64,000 bases of DNA from Octopus sinensis (lineage: Eukaryota). Position 1 is the stretch's first letter, and each line of letters opens with the position of its first letter. The notes beneath the pieces are model-generated. The model searched no databases. It was given only the letters and a program-made list of their open reading frames with translations, and was not told where the DNA came from. The stretch lies in assembly GCF_006345805.1 (NCBI RefSeq), contig NC_043022.1, positions 20,336,001-20,400,000 on the forward strand. Direction: 5' to 3'. This document shows positions 22,979 to 34,900 of this stretch, one piece after another. The position numbers were made by a program, and so were the translations under genes.

Positions 22979-24426
22979 AGTATATTAGAAAAATTTTTCG
23001 AATAAGAGAAGTTACAAGAAAATTACGGAAAGGGAGGAAACAAAATACTGCCTTAGAATTTTCTTTCATTCTTTCTTTCTTTATTTCTATCTATCTTTCT
23101 TTTTTCTTTTATTTATTTTATTTATTTGCAAAATCGTTATATACACTACTCAAAACACACACGTTCGATTAAATTGGGCCATTTGACGCATAGCCTATTG
23201 GTTAGAGTGTTGCACTGACGATCACAAGATTGTGGTTTCAATTCCCGGACCGGGCGGTGCGTTGTGTGTGATGTGTCTTGCATGTGCAACCCTATGGAAT
23301 TGGAAAGACAAAGACACAAGCAACGCTTCATCCACCGCATGCAGTTCTCTGGCTACAAGCAAAGGGACAGGATTACTCAGTTTAATTGAATTTCGTCTTG
23401 TGGCTTATAGAAGTAAAACAGAGTTACATCCCTTTGAATTTTTTTTTGTACATTTTCCAAGTTTAACAAAATTTATTTTTTCGTTTTTGCATTTTATTTA
23501 CAATATCTTTTTATGTGAGCTCGTGTATTGAAATATATTTTGTTCCATCTTGGGAGGGTCATTACGCCGATAATAAACACACGCACTGGATGCAATTTCA
23601 CTTCGATGGGGTTGGAAACGGTGACAAAGGGTCTTTGACGAACGGTTCTCAACAATTTTTTGTCTATGGACCCCTTTGATTGGACCTTCATAGCCATTCA
23701 ATGTTTAAAAAATCGTATTATATTTTTATAATGAAATATTATTAGGAATTGTATAAGAAAATTGTTAAAACATTTTATGTACTGTAGAGATATCACCAAT
23801 TTGTAGCATCAATTTTTAACAAGAAAATGTTATATGGGCCCCCAAGGGCCATATGAACTCCATTTGAGAACCATTGAACTTTGACAAAAGACTGTTTGAC
23901 TGATTGATTAACCAACTGTGTAAGAAAGCAATCGATTTGTTATTTGGTTAAATAACTTAGCAATCAGTTAATGTTTAAAGTCTTCCTTTGTTTAGGAATG
24001 CTCTCATCATGAACAAATCAGTTTACATACAATTCTTCAACCATAAAGTATCTCTGGAGATAAATGAGTAATGTCATGAGTAATGAACATACAAGCTGGC
24101 AACAACGGTTGGCAACCAGCTGGGAATATCAGCTGGCGAGTATCAACTGCTGTCCAGCTTTTGCCGTTCTTTCTCTTAAATTTCCTATGGGGAAAAATAG
24201 TTTTGGCTTACAAACATTTTGGGTGATGATGTCCAACACATCCCTGCTTGAATTTGTCATGCTTTCTCTTGATTTCCTGTGGGGAAAATAGTTTGGGTTC
24301 CACTGTATCTCTTGTTGATAAGATTTTGACTTAAGGGCACAGAAACCATTGAAACAAAAGAATGTTTTGTGAGTGAGCAGCAAGGGTTTTGGAAAGTTGG
24401 TTCTCTCAGACCCTCTCAGAAACACA

Positions 24427-25419
24427 TGTAGCGTACGCTTAGTGAAATTCTCTCTCTCTCTCTGACATATATAACATAAATACGGACGTAGCAGTTAACA
24501 GCTAGTCCTCGGCCGTTTGGACCCCGTTGTGTCCACTACTCTGATTGGTTGGTATTGGCGTAATTTGTCTCTTGCTCTATTACACGCCAGTGTGCAAGCC
24601 AACCAATCGCAACCTTCTGATAAGGTCCCATGACACAGTCTTCTAAATCTCCGTTGGAGCCCCCTAGTCCCTATAAAAAGCTAGTTACAGCAACTATATT
24701 TCGTCTTTGGTTCTAGACCTTCTAAGTTCTAACTACTGACCACAGAGCACACAGCCAATTCCAGTGACAGACAACACCAGCAGCATTCAAGGCCTCCATC
24801 TCCGTCACCTTCATCTTAACATCGCCGACAACATTTCTACATACACCGCAACATCCACTCAGGGTCAACTCCTCACTATTTGTGAATTACTTCACCGTGG
24901 TTAACAGAAAGTACAACCTGTGAGATCTTCCTGTATCAAGTAACTGGCTCTGCATAGTAGCCACAACCGCTTACACGACTCGTGCTTCAACCGGCACTGC
25001 ATTATAGCAACAACTTCTTGTTACGGAACTTCAACTATTGTGTACTTTACTACGAACTGGTATTTATCTTTATTGTGCGAGAACATTCTTCTAACGTCCT
25101 GTTATAGACTCTTTCTATGCTCTGTATTTTATCTCACACACATACACCCTTGTTTGAACACACATACACATTATGTATGCATGACGGACTGTCTATTATT
25201 ATTATTATTATTATTATTATATGTACTTATGTCGCACACACAGACACACTCTGTTAACACATAAATAAAACCTTTCTCTTAACATTCTATGGTTGTGTCG
25301 TCTTTCTTTTCATTCTGGCACTCTTCCTCATTTATCCATTTCGCTTTTATTGTAGCGACCGTGCGGTGTATTAAAGGAGTCATTCGTTCGTCACTTCTCC
25401 TTCGCACGGTCATTCTACA
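24427..25419 (+). mobile_element. Probable solo LTR
   Basis: TGTAG...CTACA termini, TATA-like ctataaaa ~24671, aataaa ~25265, imperfect 4-bp TSD caca/taca. Confidence 0.5.
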
Positions 25420-25834
25420 TACATTTCAGTGATGACGTCCAGCTTTCAGTCAATGCACATCCCTGCTTGAATTTGCCGTGCTTTCTCTTAAATTTCCTAT
25501 GGGAAAAATAGTTTTGGTTTATGAGCATTTCAGGTGATGGATGTCCTTCAGGAACAGGCTGGGAATATCAGCTGGAGAATGTCAAGTGCTGTCCAGCTTT
25601 CGTTCAGTGCAAATCCCTGCTTGAACTTGCTGTACCTAGTTTTGAATTTCCATTGGGAAAAAATAGCTTTGATTCACGAACATTTGGGGTGACGAACAGC
25701 TTTCAGGAACAAATTTGAACATAAAACACGTAGAATATTGACCCTAGGTGGTAGGTGGCATAAAAATATGCTTTATCGCATGTATTTCGCAGAAATTTTT
25801 TAATCATGACCTGTAAACTGTGTTCCATTATCTG

Positions 25835-26225
25835 ATACTAACCATATCAGGCAAATAATTCATACAGGAACTTTATTATTGTCTTTGCAGTTGGTTTATT
25901 GCATCTGCATACCTCTGGCCACTTTGTACCGCTATCAACAATGATTAGATAGTATGCACCTTTCACCGGTCCAGCATAGTTGATATGTACCTTGGACCAC
26001 GGACTATCCATCTCAGGCCACGGTTAGTATTTCACTGGTGGTGCTTTGGCTGCTAGCGCACAACCTCTACATGATTTTACACAATTTTCAATGTCCCTGT
26101 CTATTGTTGGCCAATATACATAGCTCCTCATTAAGGCTTTCATTCTCAACATTCCCAAGTATCCACTGTGGAATTCCTGCAATACTTGTTTCTGTAGTGC
26201 AGTTGGTACTGCCACACTTTGGGCG
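25835..26225 (-). mobile_element. Gypsy-type LTR retrotransposon integrase fragment
   Basis: HSGYLGMLRMKALMRSYVYWP..CRGC zinc finger followed by PWSKVHINYAGP / IVDSGTKWPE core; stops present. Confidence 0.8.
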
Positions 26226-27235
26226 TACATTAAAACATTCGAATTTGTATTTCTATTTTGCTTATTTTGCAACATTTTTCACAACTTTTTGTGCCTTATG
26301 ATTTAACACACTCACAATAAAATTTCCACTTATTTCTTATTTTTATTTTCCTATAAGAAATAAGTGGAATTTTTACCGGTGAATGTGTTAAATTATAAGG
26401 CACAAAAAGAAAATGACTCTCCCAAGACACAACAGAATATATATATATATATATATATATACATATGAAGGGCTTTTTTCAATTTCTTTCTACCAAATCC
26501 ATCCACCCGCAGCAGTAGTAGAAGACCCTTGGCCAAAATATTATGCTATAGGACTGAACCCAAATCCATGTGGTTGGGAAGCAATATCCTTAAACATACA
26601 GCCATGCCTGTTCTTAAAAAAACAACAACAGCAACAAAAAACAAAAAAGTTGAATACAATAAAATATATAAATCTGTTTATTTCAGAAATTATTTTATTT
26701 CTGGAAAACAAGAAATCACAGAAATGACTTTTGCTTCCAGTGTTAATATTCACAACATTCATTTATATTACATATTATATCTGTTTTATATTAGGGTTAT
26801 ACAATTTATAATTTTGTAATTTAGTGTTTTCTGATATAAGGCACAAGATTACTGGAGGAAAGAAAAAGCTAGTCTGATTTTATTGATATGTTATATCTTT
26901 TAACCCTGGGTGAATAAAAAAGAAATTTGCCCTCAGTGAAATTTGAACACTGAATGTGAAATAAGATATTTAAATTTCCACAAGTTATTTTATCCCCTGA
27001 TGAACTACCAATTTGGCCATGCCAGCACCTTAATTCCTTTGTTGCCAACCCACTAGAGACTATCCCTACTCCTAGGATACAAATTCCGTTTTGAAGTTAT
27101 CTAAATTAAAACCTTCCTATAAAATTCCAAAGTTATTTCAATAAATTTTTTATTGTTTTCAAAATTAATTGAAATAAAGTCAGCGCACTCTAACAGAAAT
27201 TTGGTAACAAAAAGTTAATAATAATAATAATAATA

Positions 27236-27872
27236 ATCCTTTCTACTATAGGTGCAAGGCCTGAAATTTGGGGGAGGGGAATAATTGATTACATCAACCC
27301 CAGTGCTTTACTGGTACTTAATTTATCAAACCCAAAAGGATGAAAGGCAAAGTTGACCTCAGCAGAATTTGAACTCACAACGTTGTGACAGGTGAAATAC
27401 CTATTTCTTTACTACCCACAAGGGACTAAACACAGAGGGGACAAACAAGGATAGACAAACGGATTAAGTCGATTACATCAATCCCAGTGCGTAACTGGTA
27501 CTTAATTTATCGACCCTGAAATGATGAAAGGCAAAGTCGACCTCGGTGGAATTTGAACTCAGAACATAACGGCAGATGAAATACTGCTAAGCATTTCTTC
27601 CAGCATGCTAACGATTCTACCAGCTAACCACCTTAATAATGATGATGATGATGATGATAATTTCAAATTTTGGCACAAGGCCAGCAATTTCCGGGGAGTT
27701 GATTACATTGACCCCAGTAGTCAACTGGTACTTATTCTACCGACCTTGAAAGAGTGAAAGGCAAAGTCAACCTCAGCAGAATTTGAACTCGGAATTTAAA
27801 GAATTTAAAGGTAAAATGCTACTGTGCATTTTGTCAGGTATGTTCATGATTCTAAGAGCTCGCGACCTTAAT
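27236..27872 (-). mobile_element. Cluster of three tRNA-derived SINEs, family 3 (Meta-domain-like)
   Basis: Repeated gaaaggatgaaaggcaaagtcgacctc...gaatttgaactc; further copies at ~3560-3720, 10960-11290, 48915-49130, 51070-51300. Confidence 0.65.
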
Positions 27873-28347
27873 AACAACAACAACAATAATAATAATAACA
27901 ATAACAACAACAATAATTATAATAATAATTGTTAGCACTGACACAAGTCCTTGGTAGAATTTGAACCCAAACACTCGACTGATTCATTTGATTACAACAG
28001 TCTGATTTTTGTTAATTAGGTTTTTAATTAATTTCGCAAATTTATGGTTTTGCTAATTTCTTTATACATTTAAAAAAATAAAGTTTCTGGTGGTTTCATT
28101 TCTTGTTGTTTAGTCCAAATTCAGATCTGATTGAGGGAATCTGTGATCAAAGGCATTCCAGCCATGACCATCCCACCTTATATATTTCTCAGATATCAAA
28201 TATTGTTTCATTTTAGTTATTTTTAAAGCGAATCACTGGGTGTTAATTTCAAGGAAATTTGACTGCTATTTCTAGCATGTCTAGCAACCATGCACAAGCA
28301 CTCTATATTTCAGAGCAGTGGTGGTGGTCATGTTGGTGTTGGTGAAT

Positions 28348-28422
28348 TCAACGTCTCTCAAGTTTAAGCCAGATTCCATTCTTTGCAGAGAGAAGAGGCT
28401 GCTTGTTAAGGATAATTGGGTT
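28348..28422 (-). CDS. CYP3A-like copy B terminal exon 14 (NPIILNKQPLLSAKNGIWLKLERR*)
   Basis: Strong acceptor ttactttcag, phase 0, TGA at 28350-28348; clan-3-type C-terminus. Confidence 0.88.
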   Translation of the reverse strand, partial: NPIILNKQPLLSAKNGIWLKLERR

Positions 28423-28574
28423 CTGAAAGTAACAAAGAAAGAAACAGGGTAAAAGACAGTAGTAGCTGTAGTAGTAGTAGTAGTAGTGGTGGTGGTGGTG
28501 GTGGTAGTAGAAGCAGTAGTAGTAGTGGTGGTGGTGGTAGTAAAAGTAGTAGTAGTGGTGGTGGTGGTAGTAAA

Positions 28575-28620
<46 letters not shown>

Positions 28621-28830
28621 ATGATGGTAGTAGTAGTAGTAGTAGTGGTGGTGGTGGTATTAATAGCAGTTGTAGTAGTAATGGTGGTGGAGGTTATGGG
28701 GGTGGTGTTGGTAGTTGTGGTAGTGGTAATAGTAATAGTATTACTGGTGGGAGTGGTAGCAAACAGCAGTAGTAGCAACTGTAGCAGATTATTTAATTGA
28801 TTTAATCAATTAATTAATTATTTTAATTAC

Positions 28831-28993
28831 CTCAGTTTTCTCAGACGGCACAAATTTATATTTGGTGAGAATCTCGGTCATTGCAAATTTGACTTCCATC
28901 TGGGCCAACCTCATGCCAATGCAAATCCTGGGTCCAGCGCCAAAGGGCAAGTAAGCAAACTTGGTATGTGTCTTCTGGGCCTCCTCTGAAAAT
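28831..28993 (-). CDS. CYP3A-like copy B exon 13, heme-binding ([54 protein letters not shown])
   Basis: FxxGxRxCxG signature; 163 bp as in CYP3A4 exon 12; AG/GTAATT. Confidence 0.96.
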
Positions 28994-29090
28994 CTGTAAA
29001 AAAAAATTCAAGAGAGTGAAAGAAAAAAAAATCATACATATATATCATCATACACACAAACACTTATGTAAGGAGACAACGGTAATTTAC

Positions 29091-29228
29091 CTGTCAGGAT
29101 CAAATTTTTCAGGATTAGGCCAATATTTCGGATTATGGTGCAGAGCATGGATTGGAATGTTAATGCTGATATTTGCAGGAATTGTCCAATTTTTTATGGT
29201 GATTTGCTTCTTACTTTTTCTCAGAATA
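29091..29228 (-). CDS. CYP3A-like copy B exon 12 (…HALHHNPKYWPNPEKFDPDR)
   Basis: 138 bp; PERF-type motif; canonical splice sites. Confidence 0.93.
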
Positions 29229-30781
29229 CTGCAAAATACAAAAAAGTTTTACATCTTACTTGTTTCAGGAATTAGACTGTGGCAATGATGGGGCACTGCC
29301 TTGAAGTTGAGGTGCCAACATGAATCAACTTCCATTTGATTCAATCAAATCAATTCCAGTATTTTTTTTCGCTTTAAGCCTGGTACTTATTTTATCTGTC
29401 TGCTTTTGATGAACTGCAAAGTTACTGGGACATCAACACACTAACACTGATTGTCAAGTGGTGGCAGGGGACAACACAAGCGTTTTCTTTTTCTCTGTCC
29501 ATTTTCTTTTCTCTTATCCCTTTCTGTCAAAGAGCATAAGCCCAAAACATCAAAGACTTTGCCATTTTTCCCCAAGTGTCAAACTAATATACCTGCTTGT
29601 TCTTCCATCAACTTAGCAGGTCAGGGAAAGAGACCAATAGAATAAGTACCAGGCTTTAAAAAATAAGTACTGGGGTTGATTCACTCAACTGAAACCCTTC
29701 AAGGCAGTGCCCCAGCATGGCTGTAGTCCAATGACTGAAACAAGTAAAAGATAAGAGGTATGTATATTCTATTTATTCTTTGCATCCCCTTCGTTGGTTT
29801 TTGGATTTAAAATTCAAACTTTTACTTCAATTGTTTGATCTACAAAAGATTATCTCCCTTGCAATCTCTGATCACCAGGGTGTACCATGTGTTTGTAATA
29901 ATCTTTACCATAAAGCAAGTACAACAATCGACCTTCTGGAGCCTTTGGTTCCAAAGCCTATGCAGATTACTGAATTGCTGATTTTTATGAACTAGGGATG
30001 GTCACCTTGGTCAACACATTCTAAATCAAACAAATATCAAATTTATTTATCACTGAATGTGTAATGTCAGTGTGCATATATGACAAAGTACAAGTGATTC
30101 GAGAGGAAAACTGGGAATACAAGGCATCTGATGTATTATGCAAGAGAGAAGACTGTGCTGATATGGTCATGTTAGTATCATACATGTTTTCGTGATTAAC
30201 TTACTGAATGATCTTCATGTTAATAACATTAGTAATAATCTTTATCATAATATTTGTAATGAAATTTGTGATGATATTAGCTATAATCATCATCATCGTT
30301 TAAGTTCGCTTTCCATGCTAGCATGAGTTGGACGATTTGACTGAGGGCTGGCGAACCAGATGGCTGCACCAGGCTTCAATCTTGATCTACAATCAGTTTC
30401 TACAGCTGGATGCTCTTCCTCTCCGAAAGTGTAGTGGGTGCTTTTACGTGCCACCAACATGGGGGCCAGTCAGGCGGTACTGGCAACAACCTCGCTTGAA
30501 TTTTTTACACATGCCACTGGCACAGGTGCCAGTAAGGCAATGTTGGTAACGATCACACTCGAATGGTGTCTTTTATGTGCTACCAGCATGGAGGCAAGAT
30601 AGCTGCTCTGGCAATGATCACACTCAGGTTGGTGCTCTTAATACCCTACTAAATTCTATATTTTTATGCAACTGAGGATTACTCTACATTTTAAAATTGA
30701 TGTAATATTTGCATTGTTCAATTAAATGGTGTTGTATGAAATGATCGTACTGCATTACCTCTGGATATCCTTGTTGCTTAT

Positions 30782-30812
<31 letters not shown>

Positions 30813-30912
30813 ACGGAGAGAGAGAGAGAGAAAGAGACATGGAGAGAGAGATAAATAGACAGACATACAGACAGTATAAATACAATTATAATGTAGACAT
30901 ATTAAATAATAC

Positions 30913-31001
30913 CTGCTTGCTATGGGATATAATCTTAGTGTTTCTGAAAGGCACTGACTGAGGTAAGTTAACTTTTGAACACTATTGTAATCAGGTGCTT
31001 C
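30913..31001 (-). CDS. CYP3A-like copy B exon 11 (EAPDYNSVQKLTYLSQCLSETLRLYPIAS)
   Basis: ExxR motif; 89 bp; canonical splice sites. Confidence 0.93.
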
Positions 31002-31075
31002 CTGCAAAATACATAAGGAGAAAAGAAAGAGTTCAACATCATCATCATCATTTATTATTATTATTATTATTATTA

Positions 31076-31113
<38 letters not shown>

Positions 31114-31562
31114 CTCGCACAGTATACAATATCGTGAGGTTGTTGATTGAAGATATTGTGTCTGCAAAACCTGCAGAGAGTATCAGCAGTAAACTGTTAC
31201 AAACCTGGACTTTACAGATGATATAATTTCTATGGAAATCCCATAAAATCCTAATTTTTTATTCTCTTTCATACCTTCTGGTGTGTGTTCATACCACTTT
31301 TCTGTTACATTGAATCCACACACTTGTTTATGCTCTCTTTTACCAACAAAGTCATTATTATGTTTATACTCATTTTGTGCTAGCTTACTGCATTTGCTAT
31401 CTGACTGAGTTAGAAATATTCTTACATAAAAATCAAAATGGATGTGCTAATTAAATAAGAACATTTTAAAATGAAAGGTTTTGTGTTTTAAAATCAGCAG
31501 GCATCAAAGGGTTGGTACTAAAAACAGTTGAACGATAAAAGGGGGCTGGAAGGGTTACTGAC

Positions 31563-31720
31563 CTTTCCAATGACTGATTGGATTTCCTGATACACTTTAT
31601 CTTGGATGTCTTGGTGTAAGGCTAAAAGGTAGGCCATAAAAGACAAAGTGGTTGCTGTTGTTTCATAGCCAGCCAAAAAGAAAATGGTGCTCTGGGCAAT
31701 GATTTCTTCATCGGTTAATT
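31563..31720 (-). CDS. CYP3A-like copy B exon 10 (I helix, AGYETT)
   Basis: 158 bp; AG/GTCAGT. Confidence 0.95.
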
Positions 31721-31930
31721 CTAACAAAAGAAAATATAAAAATGAGAAAATAATTTTTTTTTTTAAATCAAAATTTGTAAAATACATTTCAAGATTTTGA
31801 TTATTTCCCAATCAGTAAGTTATAATTAAAAATAATTATCACCTTTGAAGGTTTTAAATTCCATGCTGGCCACTTGATAAAATCATTATTTAATTTAAAT
31901 TAACGATTTTATCCTTATTTATATAAATTT

Positions 31931-34900
31931 ATCATCATCATCATCATCATCATTTAGCGTCCGTTTTCCATGCTAGCATGGGTTGGACGGTTCAACTGGG
32001 GTCTGGGGAGCCCGAAGGCTGCACCAGGCCAGTCAGATCTGGCAGTGTTTCTACAGCTGGATGCCCTTCCTAACGCCAACCACTCCGAGAGTGTAGTGGG
32101 TGATTTTATGTGCCACCGACACAGGTGCCAGACGAGGCTGGCGAACGGCCACGCTCGGATGGTGTTTTTATGTGCCACCGACACAGGTGCCAGACGAGGC
32201 TGGCAGACGGCCACGCTCGGATGGTGTTTTTATGTGCCACCGACACAGGTGCCAGATGAGGCTGGCGGACGGCCACGATCGGATGGTGTTGTTACGTCCC
32301 CAAAGCACGGAGGCCAGTCTATGCGGTACTGGCTACGGCCACGTTCGGATGATTTTCTTGTGTGCCACCGCACTGGTACCACAAAGATACAAATTCCATT
32401 GATGTTCATCTATTTTGATTTGTTTTGATTTGATTTTCATTTGCCTCAACAGGTCTTCACAAGTGTCACAAGAAGGAAGGTATGCACAGGTGGACTGACT
32501 ACGTCGCAGGTAGGGGCCACGGGTTATGGCTGACTAGTCTTGCCGGGTCTTCGGATGGTGTTTTTATGTGCCACCGACACAGGTGCCAGATGAGGCTGGC
32601 GAACGGCCACGATCGGATGGTGTTTGTTACGTGCCCAAGCACGGAGGCCAGTCGATGCGGTACTGGCTACGGCCATGTTCGGATGGTTTTCTTGTGTGCC
32701 ACCGGCACTGGTACCACAAATACAAATTCCATTGATGTTCATCTATTTTGTTGATTTGATTGTGATTTGATTTTCACTTGCCTCAACAGGTCTTCACAAG
32801 TGTCACAGGAAGGAAGGAAGGTATGCACAGGTGGACTGACTACGCCCAAGTAGGGGCACGGGTTATGGCCTGACTAGTCTTGCCGGGTCTTCGGTTGGGT
32901 TTTTATGTGCCACCGACACAGGTGCCAGATGAGGCTGGCGAACGGCCACGATCGGATGGTGTTTGTTATGTGCCCACGTCACAGAGGCAGTCGATGCGGT
33001 ACTGGCTACGGCCACGTCGGATGGTTTACTTGTGTGCCAACGGTACTGGTACCACAAAGATACAAATTCCATTGATGTTCATCTATTTTGATTTGGTTTG
33101 ATTTGATTTGATTTGATTTTCACTTGCCTCAACAGGTCTACACAAGTGTCACACCACTTGCCTCAACAGGTCTTCACAAGTGTCATAAGTAGGTGTCACA
33201 CACTTGCCTCAACAGGTCTTCACAAGTGCATAAGTAGGAAGGTATGCACAGGTGGACTGACTACGTCGCCGGGTCTTCGGATGGTTGTTTTTATGTGTGC
33301 GGTACTGGCTACGGCCACGTTCGGATGGTTTTCTTGTGTGCCAACGGTACTGGTACCACAAAGATACAAATTCCATTGATGTCATCTATTTTGATTTGGT
33401 TTGATTTGATTTGATTTGATTTTCACTTGCCTCAACAGGTCTACACAAGTGTCACACACTTGCCTCAACAGGTCTTCACAAGTGTCATAAGTAGGTGTCA
33501 CACACTTGCCTCAACAGGTCTTCACAAGTGTCATAAGTAGGAGGTATGCACAGGTGGACTGACTACGTCGCCGGGTCTTCGGATGGTGTTTTTATGTGCC
33601 ACCGACACAGGTGCCAGATGAGGCTGGCGAACGGCCACGATCAGATGGTGTGTTTGTTGTGCCTACAGCACGGAGGAGCCAGTCGATGCGGTACTGGCTA
33701 CGGCCACGTTCGGATGGTTTTCTTGTGTGCCACCGGTACTGGAACCACAAAGATACAAATCCATTGATGTTCATCTATTTTGATTTGGTTTGATTTTCAC
33801 TTGCCTCACAGGTCTTCACAAGTGTCACACACTTGCCTCAACAGGTCTCCACAAGTGTCACACACTTGCCTCTGCCTCAACAGGTCTTCACAAGTGTCAC
33901 ACACTTGCCTCAACAGGTCTTCACAAGTGTCATAAGAGGGGAGGTATGCACAGGTGGACTGACTACGTCGCTGGGTCTTCGGATGGTGTCTTTATGTGCC
34001 ACCGACACAGGTGCCAGATGAGGCTGGCGAACGGCCACGATCGGATGGTGTTTGTTGTGCCCACAGCACGGAGGCAGTCGATGCGGTACTGGCTACGGCC
34101 ACGTTTGGGTGGTTTTTTTGTGTGCACCGGCACTGGTACCACAAAGAATACAATTCCACTGATGTTCATCTATTTTGATTTGTTTTGATTTGATTTTCAC
34201 TTGCCTCAACAGGTCTTCATAAGTGTCACAAGAAGGAAGGTATGCACAGGAGGACTGACTATGTCCCAGGTAGGGGCCACGGGTTATGGCCTGACTGTCT
34301 TGCCGGGTCTTCTCACGCACAGCATACTTCCATAGGTCTCGGTCTCTAGACATTTTCTTAGTGAGACCTAAAGTTCGAAGGTCGTGCTTCACCACCTTGT
34401 CCCAGGTTTTCCTGGTCTACTTTCCACAGGTTCCCTCACTGCTAGGGTGTAGCACTTTTGCACACAACTATCTTCAGCCATTCTCCATCACATGACCATA
34501 CCAGCGCAAACGTCTCTCTTGCACACCACAACTGACGCTTCTTAGGTTCAATTTTCTCTCAAGGAACTTACACTCTGACGGTTATGAACACTGACATTAC
34601 ACATCCATCGGCGCATACTGGCTTCATTTCTTGCGAGCTTACGCATATCCTCAGCAGTCACGGCCCATGTTTCACTACCATGTAGCATGGCTGTACGTAC
34701 ACATGCATCATACAGTCTGCCTTTTACTCTGAGCGAGAGGCCTTTTGTCACCAGCAGGGGTAAGAGCTCTCTAAACTTTGCCCAGGCTATTCTTACTCTA
34801 GCAGTTACACTTTCAGCACACCCACCCCCGCTACTGACTTGGTCTCCTAGGTAGCGGAAGCTATCAACTACTTCTAGTTTGTCTCCCTGGAACGTGTGGC

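Noticed and set aside
28281-28800. Poly-Thr and Ser/Gly-rich ORFs resembling a mucin or structural protein
   Set aside because: This is an (AGT/GGT)n tract in the last intron of copy B. The true terminal exon is in a different frame.
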